Positions 28,326 through 42,966 of a DNA stretch of 64,000 bases are shown piece after piece. Numbering within the stretch: the stretch's first letter is position 1; each line of letters begins with the position of its first letter. The position numbers and the translations under genes were made by a program. The notes beneath the pieces were generated by a model. It was not told the origin of the DNA. It saw nothing but the letters and a program-made list of their open reading frames with translations, and ran no database searches. Source of the stretch: Octopus vulgaris (taxonomy: Eukaryota); assembly GCA_951406725.2 (NCBI GenBank), contig OX597817.1, positions 169,322,001-169,386,000 of the forward strand, read 5' to 3'.

Positions 28326-28671
28326 CGCGTGCGCGCAACGTCTCCGTCTATAGCCACCATAACTGTCAATACATTTCTTCCAGCGAAATCCAAGATCTGA
28401 AAAGACATTTTCACAAGAATCTTGTCTGCTGCTGTCAAAGAACTTCTGAGCATTTTTTTATTACGTGTTTAAAATCATCATCTTGGTTTCCTTACACAAA
28501 TATGTCCTGATAAATAAATGCTTTACAGTTACAAAAACGTTCCGAATTCGCCGGGAACGACACTTGAAACTTGTACAGTGACAATGGGGCGGCTCGGATG
28601 TGTTTTGCTACACAGGGCAGCCCCTGAGTTTGTCCCCCTGTCCCACTTCCATTTTACACAGGTTTATACAT

Positions 28672-28851
28672 ATTTCTTTACTACCCACAAGGGGCCAAAC
28701 ACAGACGGGACAAATAAGGACAGACAAACGGATTAAGTCGATTACATCGACCCCAGTGAACTGGTACTTAATTTATCGACCCCGAAAGGATGAAAGGCAA
28801 AGTCGACCTCGGCGGAATTTGAACTCAGAACGTAGCGGCAGACAAAATACC
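28672..28851 (-). mobile_element. SINE family B, 5'-truncated
   Basis: Matches the family B consensus. Confidence 0.85.
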
Positions 28852-29171
28852 ACAGGTTTATACAACAGACTCAAAAGTGCCATTCTCGTAAAAGCGCCGA
28901 ACGGAGTTTACCACCCTTATCACCCGCTCACCACTGACTCTGTTGTGGATGTGAGAGCACAGCGACATCAGTGGCTGTGTATAAAAGGGAGACACGGTCA
29001 TGAAGTTATTAATGTTATAAGTGTGAAAGGCTTAAAGGTCGGAGTATTCCGCTCGCGATCGAAGGTCATGAATCCGATTACACACATACAAACACACACA
29101 CACTCATGTGACGGGATCCCATATAATTTTTGTCTAAGAATTCATCTACAGGGCATTGGACGGTCCGAGGC

Positions 29172-29714
29172 GCGAAATTTTTTTTCCCACGAGAGTTCCG
29201 GACCCCAGTTATGAACTCATTTGCATACAGCCAATCAGAGCTCAACTATCAAACTAATTCATGAGCGCATAACAAATGATGGGCGATAAGATAAGGTCAC
29301 TTGGGTAAAGAACGACCACGCTTCTTTTCTCTTTTAATAATGCTCCTTGATCTTGTTCTTGTTTCAATCATGGCTGCTTCTGCGTAGTTATTTGTGTTGT
29401 TTTCTTTTTAAAACAGTAAAGGGAGAGAGTTGCTAGTACATCACCCTCTACCCACATTTTCCCCATCCACATCTTTACCATATGGGGCCCTAACAAAATC
29501 CGATAATTGGTATAAATGCAAATCTATCTAATTACTTGTCTCCTAAAATCTGGTATAACTTGGCGATAGGTCGACTTACAACAGCACTCATCGTCTTGAG
29601 TTTACTCGGTAGAGTGTGTTTGTTAATTTGACAAGTTCAATGGGAGCTCCGATTGGGTGTCTACAAATGAGTTCATAACTGGGTTCCGGAACTCTCGTGA
29701 GAAAAAAATTTCGA
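29172..29714. mobile_element. MITE with ~85-bp TIRs and 9-bp TSD (Mutator-like), inserted in an old SINE A
   Basis: TIR gcgaaatttttttt.ccacgagagttccgga.cccagttatgaactcatttg... mirrored at 29634-29714. Flanks GTCCGAGGC / GTCCGGGGC. Confidence 0.8.
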
Positions 29715-29997
29715 GTCCGGGGCTATAGTGAAAGACATTTGCCAAAAGTACTGCACAGTGAGATTGATCAAGAAACCATGTGATTACAAAGTGAACTTCT
29801 TAACCATACAGCAATGCCTATAAATTTCTGGGATATAAAAGGTCACTGGAATTTCATCCTATTCTATACTTAATATTAAAAAAACACAACCTAAAGTAGC
29901 TGCTTTATCTGTAAATTGTTAGCAAAACAGTTTAAAAGTCGTTCCATAGTTTCGCCGGTTTAAAAGGTTGGCTGTGAACATAACTTTCTTATATCGT

Positions 29998-30512
<515 letters not shown>

Positions 30513-30881
30513 GTCTCTTAATTTCTGGGCCGTAAAAGGACAATGGAATCTTAGCTTATTGTGTATTTGATTTTAAAAAGAAAAAAGTACCCATCTAATT
30601 GTGCTTGATGTACAAACAGTTAGCAAAACAGTTCATAAATCGATTCATAGTTTCGCCTGTTAAAAAAGTCGGCCATGACCGTAACTTTTTTTTATATCAA
30701 CACCTTAGATAATTTTACGACTGCGCCAACATTAACACGGAGTTGCTTTCACAGTAATTAAACACCAATTCGTTGCTCTTTAACCACGATACTTATGAAA
30801 GAATCTTAGGTGGTTTTCTGAATTTCTTGGACGTCAGCCGAACTGTTTATTCATCAGTCACAATTTTTGTTCACTTTTTAA

Positions 30882-31103
30882 CACTTTACCATTTAAACCG
30901 GCCATATCTGGTCAAATTGTTCTATCTATTTTATGTTCAAATTGGTCAGATCTGACCTCTCACACCTACCCTACAATGTCATTCTGTGACTATACAGTCA
31001 CATCATTGAAATCTCAAAGCTGAAAAAGAAATACAATGACTAATTCAAAACAATGTGAAACTGTGAGTATTACAGTTGACCAAATAATACGAATGCTAGA
31101 GAG
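30882..31103. mobile_element. piggyBac-like MITE
   Basis: TTAA at both ends (30878, 31104) and degenerate TIRs cactttaccatt / aatgctagagag. Confidence 0.45.
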
Positions 31104-31271
31104 TTAAACTCCTTAACCCAATAGCGTAGACAGGGTATGCTGCTTGTGGCAGCCCAAGTACTTACCACCGGGTCCCCAGACCTATTACATACAGCAGACC
31201 CCAAAATGCTTGCTGCTTAAAAGCGTCGCCTGGGCCAACTGCCCCTGGCACCGGCGACCTACACTACAATA

Positions 31272-31489
31272 CGAGGGGGTGTTGAAAAGGTCCTAGTTTT
31301 AAGGGAGTCACAAAAAGCCTGGTTGGAGGCCCAAACCTTCCGAGTTCTTTTACAGGGCTTAGAAAAACTAAAGGGCCGCTTCAATAAGTGTGTGAATCTG
31401 AGAGGGGGATATGTTGGATAAAATCATAATTAACTGATCCTCTTGTATTTTCTTTTACTGAAAACCAGGAACTTTTCAGTGCCCCCTCG
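31272..31489 (+). mobile_element. Mariner internal-deletion derivative (218 bp)
   Basis: TA|CGAGGGGGTGTTGAAAAGGTCCT...AGGAACTTTTCAGTGCCCCCTCG|TA. Retains the transposase C-terminal remnant KCVNLRGGYVG*. Confidence 0.8.
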
Positions 31490-31695
31490 TATATTCCACA
31501 GTTGTATGTGATGGGAGTATCTTCTTTGTATGTTCGTTGGAGCTCTTGAAAGATTTCTTTTTTTAAAATTCGTTTTTTGGCCTTAGAACCAAATTCTTGA
31601 TAATGCTTTGATATTTCGCAGCTTCTATTGAAATCTATAAATACGTCAATGTTAGATAAACAAACCGTGATGTATTGAAACAATGATTTATTATG

Positions 31696-31765
<70 letters not shown>

Positions 31766-31936
31766 TATATATACACACAAAGTATATATATACATATACA
31801 TACATATATATATATATATATATACATATGTGTGTGTAAATATATATATATATTCTAACATATATATTTACATATATACATACATATGAGCATACATATG
31901 TACATACATAGCATACATGTATGCATACATACACAT

Positions 31937-31969
<33 letters not shown>

Positions 31970-33022
31970 CATATGTGTGTGTAAATATATATATATATAT
32001 TCTTACATATATATTTACATATATACATACATATGAGCATACATATGTACATACATAGCATACATGTATGCATGCATACACATATACATACATGATTTAT
32101 CTATATAGGTTCTCTCTATATCAACCTTAATAACGTCACGATATATCATGTCTGTCTGTCTAGTATCTGTCTGTACCGTCAATGAACCATCCATCCATCC
32201 ATCCATCCATATCTATCACCGAGTGTGTTTGCACTTATTTTCTGTATGTATATATTTTTTATAATGGATGTGTGGGCGTGTTTGTATGTGTGTTCGTTCA
32301 CTGTGTATATATATTTTGTGCAAGTAATGTGATGACGTATGTATTACTTGTAGTACTTGCGTATGTGTGCACACCGGTCAATAAATCAATCAATCTATCC
32401 ATCTATCTACCTACTCACCTATTTATTTATCTATATAAGTCTCTCTATATCAACCTTATTATAACCAGTCTTTCTTCAAATCTATGTCTGTCTGTCTGTC
32501 TGTCTGTCCGTCCATCCATCCATCCATCCATCCATCCATCTATCTATCTAGTTAACCTACAATAAGAATAAATCCATATATATTTACGTTCATATACACT
32601 ATACACATATATACAGTTATGTGTGTGTTTGCGTGTGTGTGTGTGTAGGGCTGGTTTTAAGCCAATTAAAATTCAAATTGGGCACCGCACCATATACACG
32701 ATCGAGCGGTGGACGCTGAGGTGAATTTTTAGTTTATCGTTGTGGCTAATGGTAGAACCTCAACTCTTTTTGCCTCGGACTGGCGTACTACATAAAGCAT
32801 AAAACATCCATCTTCAGCTTTTGTAGAGTAGAGGACCCCCAGACTTCTTAGCGCCGGTCCTAGTGTGACTGTGTTTCTGTGGGTGTGAGTATATAGCTTT
32901 GCTTTAACCCCTACACACGCTTTCAAACGTTCCTCTAACGTATGCGCATTAATTGGGTGAAATACCTTCCAACAAATACAATAGTTAAAGTTTAGTCCTT
33001 TTCTGTCTGTCTGTCTGTCTGT

Positions 33023-33064
<42 letters not shown>

Positions 33065-33876
33065 AAGATTGAATATTCATCGTCAACAAATACGGGATAC
33101 CAAAACAAGACAAATTCCACTTCGTGAACATTTGTACACGTGCGCGGAAACCAAATCTCTAAATTTCTTGTCTTTCCACTGTGTCAATGTGCAGACAATA
33201 CTCCAGACCGAACAAGAATTAATAAGGAAAGTTCATTTATTAAAAAATACGACCCACTGCTGAACAGGCTATAAAAGACATCAGTAATACACGATTCTTC
33301 AGTTCCTATCAATTAATTATTGTATAATGTTTCCTTGGGCTCGTTCTTAAGAAAACCAATATGTAGTAACTATCATCTTATTTACTCTACACTTAGTTCT
33401 CTTGCCTTACACCTTATTATCAAAGAAGGAATGTTTTAACATGTTTAATGGGAGAGAACTAGCACTAATTGATAGCATTATTTTTCGACAGAATAATCAA
33501 CAATAATTATCTATAATACTTTTATGTAAACGATTATCATATCACTTATTCTAACTAACATATAGCATATTCAATGGAGAAAAGCTTTTACGTGAACTCC
33601 CCATGTGAGTGTCACATAAGCGTAATACATGAACGTTGACCGATCAATTTTTACATTAACGGATAGCATTCTGAGCTACATTCATACTTTAAAAACAAGC
33701 TATTTTTATAACAATGGCCAGAATGGACATAATTCGTGACATAACTCGATATATCACACACTTTTGAAAATTTAATGTGAAACCGGTCAAGTGTATTCCT
33801 ATATTTTAAAATATAATTAAATTCTAATTAATTCTAATATATTCTCTGTGCAGTTTTGAACTCCACACACGCGCGT

Positions 33877-33960
33877 TTTAATTGGCAAAAGTTACAAACT
33901 GACTCAAGGGTCAAGAGTTTGATAGGTCATTGAGTCACTTTGTAACTTCTGCCGATTAAA
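33877..33960 (+). other. 84-nt hairpin (31-bp arms); pre-miRNA candidate or tiny MITE
   Basis: 29 of 31 positions pair on the + strand (one G.U, one A-C and one C-C mismatch). 22-nt loop. Confidence 0.4.
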
Positions 33961-34164
33961 AGTAAAACGGTTATGCCAATCAAGAATTATATATGTGTGT
34001 ATGTGTGTGTGTACACGCACACACACATATATATATATAGAGAGAGAGATACACATACACCCCCACACACACACTTATATACATATACGAGTGATTGGAC
34101 AAAAGATAGACACTCAACAAATTTATTGCGAGTAACATGTATGGATCAAAACTGTTTTGATCCA

Positions 34165-34755
34165 TACATACATACACACACATATATAAACATATATATA
34201 CATACATAAATATATAAACATACATATACATACACATATGTACATACATACACACATGCACATGTATGTATGTATGTATGTATGTATGTATTTTTGTATG
34301 TATGTATGTATGTATGTACATGCATGCACACATGTATGTATGTATGTATGTATGTATTTTTGTATGTATGTATGTATTTTTGTATGTATGTATGTATATA
34401 TGCATGCATGCATGTAGTATGTATGTATGTATGTATGTATGTATGTATGTATGTATGTATGTACATGCATGCTTGTATGTATGCATGTATGTATATAATG
34501 CATGTATGTGTGTATATATATACATGTATGTATGTATGTATGTATGCATGCATGTATGTATGTATGTATGTATGTATGTATGCAATGTATGTATGTATAT
34601 GTATACATACATATACATACACATATGTACATACATACACACATGTATGTATGTATGTATGTATGTATGTATGTATGTATGTATGTATGTATGTATGTAT
34701 GTATGTATGTATGTATGTATGCATGTATGTATGTATGCATGCATGTATGTATGTA
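34165..34755. repeat. Degenerate (TATG)n/(CATA)n array
   Basis: Directly visible. Confidence 0.95.
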
Positions 34756-35301
34756 GTTTATTCGCATACTGGTCTTCATCCTGAACCGGATTAAGGCCAT
34801 TTACAACTATATCCACCAGTTAATGCGACAACTATGAATAGGCAAGCCAGCTAACCCACAAAACGTTAATGTTGCTTGTTATGAAAACTAATGGTATGAG
34901 AGGTAAGCAGAGGCATCTCAGGCAGTTAAAGGGATAACCAATAACTTCCTGCTAGCTATATCCTCTAATATCTTCTTCAACAACTCCTTAGGTTTCAGTA
35001 GCGCCAAAGGTGTAAAATCGAAAATCACAGCTTAATAAAAACATCATATCCTACCATTAACTGAGAGGCAGTTATCCATTATTGCAATGTTTGAAACACG
35101 ATCATCAGGAAAACAAAGGATGTCTTTGTGTATCACATGACCTGCTGCAAAATCTATCGAATCTCCCACTGCAACTAGGTCTTTTGGTAATTCGCCAAGT
35201 GGATCTTGTCTTACCGCCATTCCACAATCAAGTGTTGGCTGTGTACACAGTACTTCTGCTACTTACAAATAGGTAAAGCCTGTTTCACTCCTACTCCATA
35301 C

Positions 35302-35376
<75 letters not shown>

Positions 35377-36261
35377 ACACACACACACTCACACATTAGC
35401 AAACGATTGCAACGAAGGAGACACATACTAGCCATTCATAAAACACACAAAGACTGAACTTTACATTTAAACATTATTTGGGGGGCGAAAATTTTCGTCG
35501 CACTAACTGCAACCTGGTCACTGACACGGTCCACACTGCAATCGTTTTAGTTTCAATACACGGTCTTAAATCATATTACCTGGTAAGAATACTTCTGAAG
35601 TATAATAAAAAACAAATAACATTCATTAATTCATGCTTCCTCAGTCTCACCTCCGTATACCTTCCATAGTAACTCATCTGGACACCTCAATCCGTAGGCA
35701 CTGGACTAGACGATATTTTGTTTTTTCCAAAACTAATGTTCATCTACCCTTATCTTTTATCTTTCACTTGTTTCAGTCATTAGACTGCGGCCATGCTGAG
35801 GCACTTTTCAAATTCCCTTTCTCCCCCTTCTTGTCAAAGTATAATACGCGCGCGCACACACACACTCACAAGACGGGATGGTCACGGCTGGTGTGCCTTT
35901 AAGAATAGGTCTGTTCTCTCAGGTCTGACTTACTTTAAACATCACATGAACAAAAACTAAGAAAACTTTTCGGGGGCGCTTGACTTGCTAGAAATAGCAG
36001 CTAAATCCCCTTTAGCAATACACAACTGTTTAAAATAAAAAGGCACATTGTATAATATAGTTTTAGATACATTTGGCTTACGTTTACACGTACGTCTATA
36101 ATAATGTGTATAATATATACACACTACAGTGTTACTTATCATATGACGGGTAACATTCTAGCACACTTTTACCCACACAGATAATTGCAGGGAAGAGAGC
36201 ATATATATACAATGATTATAATTTAACTTTAATCACACGTTTTGGTGCCTATACAAAATTA

Positions 36262-36451
36262 TTCTTTTCTACTCTAGTCACAAGGTCCCAAATTTTGGGG
36301 AGGGCGCCAGTCGATTAGATCAACACCAGTATACAACTGGTATTTAAGTTATCGATCCCGAAAGGATGAAAGGTGAAGTCGACCTAAAGACAGACGAAAT
36401 ACCGCAAAGCATTTCGCCTGGCGTGCTAACGTTTCTGCCAGCTCACCGCCA
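36262..36451 (-). mobile_element. SINE family B variant next to (TAA)n
   Basis: Matches the family B head and central motif. Confidence 0.8.
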
Positions 36452-36452
36452 T

Positions 36453-36555
<103 letters not shown>

Positions 36556-37130
36556 GAGGGAGAGAGCAGTGCATGTCATCAAAGTGACACTATGACTGCC
36601 CATCTGATAAGAGTACACCAAGCACATGCATCACAACCCTATGTGCACGACATGGTGATCTTATATCAATATAAACAGCGCATGACCTTGCAGGTGGGAC
36701 CCAGTTAGAATTTTCTTCAGGTTGAGTAGCCCATCCCGCTCAAAAGGTCCCTGATTAAGGGTTGTTTAAGGATGTTGAATGAAACACCCATGTTTCCAGA
36801 GGTGAATCATTCAAACCCCAAAGAATCCCTCTCAACACATGGCTATGATGCTCCCCCACTACCTCTACTCGTGATCAGAGATGCACATATCATCAGCCAC
36901 TAAGGGACATGTTCAACTGGTTAAGGTCAAACAACTGACAAGCAAATCTGTGGTATTGAGCAGAATATTTGTTGTAGCCCATCTTTTATACAAGACAAAA
37001 CAATGTACATGATAACACTTCCAATCAGTTAAGATCAGAAGCCATGAGAGCCTGTACCTGGTACTTCACAGACCATGGGAGCCACAGCCTGGTACTTCAA
37101 AAGCTATGAGAGCAGTGCCTGGTCCTAGCC
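36556..37130 (-). mobile_element. Non-coding ~550-bp retroelement (family F) ending in (TAA)n
   Basis: Near-identical copies at 45168-45512, 45554-46100 and 46865-47240, always abutting (ATT)n at the same end. Confidence 0.8.
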
Positions 37131-37299
37131 ACTGTTACTACTACTACTACTATTACGTGTTTGACTTTTGTATTTGTACAAGTGGACTCCAAGTCTCCCC
37201 CCAGAGACCTCAAGAGACAACAAGTTAGACGTTTAAGTTGGTGTTATGACTAGGGTGTCATATATTTGGTTTTGCACAAAGTATTGTTCTAGAGAATGT

Positions 37300-37777
37300 T
37301 AAAAAAAGAAAACTATAAGTTTGTTTTAAAATTTAAGATTACATAACAGTATTTTACGCAGGATATGGGCAGTTCCCATGAACACTATTTTTTTGAACTT
37401 CTGCCATTTTTAGAATTCCTGGTATCTGAGCTAGGTAGCAATCATCCCCTTTTGCTATCGTTCCTAAGGCACCTATGACAACAGGTATTGTTTTAGTCGT
37501 GAGGTTCTACATTTTGCCAATTTCTATTTCAAGATCTTTATACTTGCTCAGTTTTTGGTGGGTCTTGACAGATACATTTATGTCGATTGGGACAATCATT
37601 TCGATGAGGAGGCATGATTTTTGTCTATCTGGCCTATTCCCATCTACCTTTCTGTCAGTTTGAACGGTGAAGTTCCAGAGGAGTGAGAAGTAGTCATTTT
37701 CAAGCACTGGAGGTGGTTTGCGTTCCCACCAGTTTTTATCACATGGCAGGTCCAAGATTTTGCAAATTACCCAGTGA
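37300..37777 (-). mobile_element. R4/Dong-clade LINE 3' fragment (restriction-like endonuclease)
   Basis: HWVICK...LLWNFTVQTDRKVDGNRPD..CLLIE...KLSKYKDLEIEI...PVVIGALG. Confidence 0.8.
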
Positions 37778-37778
37778 A

Positions 37779-37810
<32 letters not shown>

Positions 37811-38333
37811 TTATTACTTTAGTAAGCGTACACGTTTAACCTATCTCTGAAGAGCAGATGCTGTGATGTTACACCATATATTTTTATCGCTTCAGTAAAA
37901 AAAAAACAAAAAAAAAACGATCGTTTTGACTATTTCAGCATTTCTTTTACCACATCATCAGAGATCGATTAGTCATTTTCCTCACCACAGACAGAATGGT
38001 AGCTAATGAATTATATCTATTAATAGTATACACAAACTCGAACAAAACTAGTTCTTTTATTAATTAATTATTTCACATTGCCAACGATTTCATTCTCATA
38101 CAATTTAGGACAAACCAAGAGGATTGCGTATATTATAAATAGATATAAACTATTCTGTCTGTTATGAGGAAAATGAGTAAGAAAAATCTGACGAAGTAAA
38201 ACACATTGAAACTGGTTCGGTCTACAGTTTTCTTTAGCTACAAAGAGAGAAAAATGTGTTTTAACCAGAGTTACTGCGTTTCGCAAAGTTCACATACACA
38301 TGCGCGCACGCAAATACACACATATACACATAT

Positions 38334-38729
38334 TCTTTTACTCTTTTACTTGTGTCAGTCATTTGACTGCGGCCATGCTGGAGCACCGCCTTTAATCGAG
38401 CAACTCGACCTCAGGACTTATTCTTTTGTAAGCCCAGTACTTATTCTATCGGTCTCTTTTGCCGAACCGCCAAGTAACGGGGACATAAACACACCAGCAT
38501 CGGTTGTCAAGCAATGCTAGGGGGACAAACACAGACACACAAACACACACACGCATATATATATATACATATATACGACGGGCTTCTTTCAGTTTCCGTC
38601 TTCCAAATCCACTCACAAGGCTTTGGTCGGCCCGAGGCTATAGTAGAAGACACTTGCCCAAGATGCCACGCAGTGGGACTGAACCCGGAACCATGTGGTT
38701 GGTAAACAAGCTACTTACCACACAGCCAC
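38334..38729 (-). mobile_element. SINE family A, near full length
   Basis: Near-identical to 2613-3039. Confidence 0.9.
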
Positions 38730-39100
38730 GTAATTTCATTTCTTGAATTAATCTACGTATGTTAGAATGGTTATCCTAACATCGGGTAGTGTTTATAATA
38801 ACAATAATGACGATTTGAAATGGTAAATCAAAAGACTGTGGCCATTCAAGAAGATGAGTGGTATACCTGTTGTTGTTGCTGTTGTTGGAGCCTTGCGTAC
38901 GTTATGTAACAAGATTGCAAATTAAATTGGAGAGACAGGAGGCAATGTAAAAATAGTGTTCTAAGGAATTACGTGAATCCTCGCAGAATTTTCGAAATCT
39001 GAATGAAGTGTGTTACTTTAGTCTACTGGTCGTGGACAGTTGACACTTTGTTATGTCCCTCTGCGAAGTTACTGTGTAAAACAAGATAATAATAATAATA

Positions 39101-39315
39101 ATTCTTTTTACTAAAGGCTCAAGGTCTGAAATTTTTGGGAAAGGTACTAGCCGATTACATCGACCCCAGTGCTCGACTGGTACTTATTTTTATCGACTTC
39201 GCAAGGATGAAAGGTAAAATAGACTTCGGCGGAATTTGAACCCAGAACGTAAGGACGGACGAAATGCCGCTAAGCATTTTGCCCAGCATATTAAAGATTC
39301 TGCCAACTCACCGCC

Positions 39316-39380
<65 letters not shown>

Positions 39381-39466
39381 CCTTTCTACTATAGGCACAA
39401 GGCCTGAAATTTTGGGGGAAGTCGATTACATGCGTAACTGGTACTTATTTCATGGACCCCGAAAGT
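39101..39466 (-). mobile_element. Two SINE B copies flanked by (TAA)n
   Basis: Match the family B variant tail seen at 10565-12085. Confidence 0.8.
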
Positions 39467-39581
39467 CGGACTAGAAAGATTTAATTTAATATTTTTCTAA
39501 ATGTGTTCAATATAAAGATGAAAACTAACTATCTACTGGATAAATAACAAATAAAGTAAAATTATATGTGTTACGTTATAT

Positions 39582-39865
39582 GTGATCACGTGACCGACCA
39601 GATCATTGTTACACATCGCTGGTCACAATGCGTTCGCATTGTTTTAGCCTTCGAATGACGCCACCCCGCTGGCTAAGCGAGCAGGCCAACAAAAGAAAGA
39701 GTGGGAGAAAGAGAGGTGAAAGAGTACAGCAGGGATCACCACTATCCCCTGCCGGAGCCTCGTGGAGCGTTTAGGTGTTTTCGCTCAATAAACACACACA
39801 ACGCCCGGTCTGGGAATCGAAACCGCGATCCTGCGACCCTAACCACTAGGCCATTGCGCCTCCAC
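39582..39865 (-). mobile_element. SINE with family C head and a different tail
   Basis: Head gtggaggcgcaatggcc.agtggttaggg...gtttcgattcccagaccgggcg shared with 48204. 3' half is unrelated. Confidence 0.8.
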
Positions 39866-40473
39866 ACGTTATATGTATAATGAAATATTCATAATTTTGT
39901 CTTGTATTACGTTTCGTTTACTGCAAGGTACATAATGATTAATGAGTGTATGAAATTATTTGATGAATTGTTGTTTTACATGGTATTGGTTTCACGTTCA
40001 GGAAAATATCAACTCAGTGAACTGTAATTTTTGGTGTTCAAAAAGCTTTGTCTGAATCATCTGGCAAATCAAGCAGACCACGTGCCAGAATTCTCCAAGC
40101 TTAACACATGATTCATCGTCTTTGTGTTGCATCTCCGTTTACATTTAATAAAGTCGTACAAAGTACAGCTGCCAGCAATAGCAACATGCAGTTCTAAGAC
40201 AATTAGACATCGATTGTAGGATAACTTCAATCTAGTTACAAGACGTCCAACGAAAAATTCCTAAGCCATCGTCTAAAAAATATCCAGGATTGTCTGCAAA
40301 TTTTGCATGGGCTACAGAAACTGAATAAAGTTGGACTTCCTCGAAGCTCCTTTCGTTTATCGTCCATAAAATTAAATGAATAATCCTAGGTATATAATTC
40401 TGAAAATTGAGCAATGTCCATTCGTTATGATATTAGCGAAAGGACATTTCTGTACCGAAAAGAGCTGGTAAGA

Positions 40474-40704
40474 GGGCGGAGAGCTGGCAGAAACGTTAGC
40501 ACGCCAGGCGAAATGCGTAGCCGTATTTCGTCTGCCGCTACGTTCTGAGTTCAAGTTCCGCCGAGGTCGACTTTGCCTTTCATCCCTTCGGGGTCGATTA
40601 AATAAGTACCAGTTACGCACTGGGGTCGATATAATCGACTTAATCCCTTTGTCTGTCCTTGTTTGTCCCCTCTATGTTTAGCCCCTTGTGGGCAATAAAG
40701 ACAT
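40474..40704 (+). mobile_element. SINE family B, full length
   Basis: Matches the family B consensus. Confidence 0.9.
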
Positions 40705-40889
40705 AAGGAAAGAACTTATTTGAACAATGTCTCATAAGCACGAAAAACTAACCTAGATATTTTAGAGAAGATACCTCATCTGCAATTGCACTATATTCCA
40801 GCAGAGTGATGCTTCTAATTAAAATGCGTGAATAAGCAAATGGCTTAATGTTAATGATATTAAAAATAAAATCTGGCAAAGGGATTGCA

Positions 40890-41160
40890 CCGGTCCGTCG
40901 CAGGTGAGCTACAAGATACAGGAGGAAAGAGTGAGAGAAAGTTGTGGCGAAAGAGTCAGCAGAAGTTTGCCATTACCTTCTGCCGGAGCCGCGTGGAGCT
41001 TAGGTGTTTCGCTCATAAACACACACATTGCCCGGTCTGAGATTCGAACCCGCGATCCCTCGACCATGTGCCTCCACCTCACACAAATCAGTCCGGAAAT
41101 CGAACTCACCACCTCACGATTGTAACCACGGTGCTATAACTACTGAGCCATGCGCCTTCA
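40890..41160 (-). mobile_element. SINE C-related composite remnant
   Basis: Minus strand has two tRNA-like heads followed by the family C body. Confidence 0.65.
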
Positions 41161-42966
41161 CCATTATTCTATTGACATTAACTTGGATTTTAAAGAGAAA
41201 ATTACTTCAGGTTTGGACATAAAAGATAATCATAGATTGTTGCAAAATTTTTCTTGAAAACTTTCTTGACAACGTTACTGTAATTGTGGTGGCAAAGGGT
41301 TATCGTACCAAGTATTGACCAATATAACAGATATGTGTACTTTTGAAAGCTCCTTTCAAGTTATCTGCTTTTTTTTTTTTTTTACATCAAAACACATTCT
41401 TTATTCTGTGTTATTTATGAATTACAGTATAAAAACTCATTTTTATCAGTATATTCAGAACTTTGACCACTTGACCACGGCTACACAAATAAATGTGGTA
41501 TTACTGGGACATAGAACAACAGATATTTCTCTGTTACGCTCGTTTTCCTTTGCTTCCTCAACGCTTTTCTTTAATCTTCCAATCATTACATTTTTCTGAA
41601 GATGATTAGTCGCCCGAAACATGAAACGTTTTTCACTTTCTTAATCTTTTCTTGAACATCAAACTAGAAACGACGCTTAAATTTTTTTTTTTTTCATTTT
41701 GTCTTTCCTGTTGTATTCCCGCTTTTTAATTTTGGACCTACACGTGTGTATGTGTATGTATGTATGTGTGTGTGTGTGTGTGTGTGTGCGTATTTCGTTT
41801 ATGTAAATTACCTAAACGATAAATTTGTTCTACTCTTATTGGACTAAGTGCCATTTCTACGAGAAATAAGGTAGGATAATTGCTGTGCTAATGATGTCCA
41901 TTGACACAGAAAGACGTGTCCCCAGGTGTCTTCTTGTCTCCAGACAATCACACTACCTTTAATTAACGACACATAAATTTCGAGTAATTATCAATTCTTG
42001 AGATTATCGCTCCTTCTCATTTGGAGTTGGTTCCGCTTGCTACCAAGTGATTGTTCTACCATCCCTTGGAGCGAATATAGTTTCTATAAGTCAAGTATTT
42101 ATATTGCATGGTATTTAATATACCCTTATTCATTTGTGTTGCCCAAATGCATGCCACTAGCCATTCTGAGGCATTTCTCTTATCTCATTATCTTTTCATA
42201 TATGTATGTGTGCATATGCATGTGTGTCTATCTATCTATCTATCTATCTATCTGTCTCTCCGTCTGTCTCTATGTCTATCTCACATCCCCCCTCTCTCTC
42301 TCTCATACACACACACACATACATGAATGCATGCATACATACGTACGTAGGTACGTACATACATACATACATACATACATACATACAGACAGACAGACAG
42401 ACAGACATGCATACATATGCCCTTTATGTTTTCTATTCAACCTCATTACGAATAACCAACGCATAGCTGTCCCACATACACACACTCTCCCTGTGTTTTC
42501 CATTATTTTTTTCTACCACCTTCTCATTACTAACATTCTGCTTTTCTCCTCTCTCTCGCCTCCCTCCCTCCCTCTCTCTCTCTCAGAACTACATACATGA
42601 TGTGGTCTCCAAGGAAAGGGCGTAAATCCAAATAAGATCGTGAAATCGTGTTGAAACTACATTGTCATACTTTGAAAGATCAATATTACTAATAAAAAAT
42701 ACACGCGCTGGTTGTAATTCACTTCTTTTATTGGCGGATTTATCAAAAGGTTTTCGTTATATATCTCTATAAACCTTTTCAATAGCTTCTCTGTAATTAC
42801 TTTGTTGTGTCTCTTTGGTCTTTATATATCAGCTGTGGCTGTGGTTGTGATGATAGTACATATACGTCTGCATGCGTTTGTATGCTTGACTATGTGTTTG
42901 TAATCAGGTTCTTGCGTGGTATGTGTAATACGTCTATGTGCGTGTTTCCATTTTGTTTGCATCATT

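Noticed and set aside
31821-32075. ~145-bp tandem duplication of a TA/CA-rich block
   Set aside because: Ordinary slippage within a compound microsatellite.
41596-41640. ctgaaga...gaaacatg hammerhead-like string (also 37925-37962, minus strand)
   Set aside because: Helix II cannot be formed convincingly; too decayed to call.
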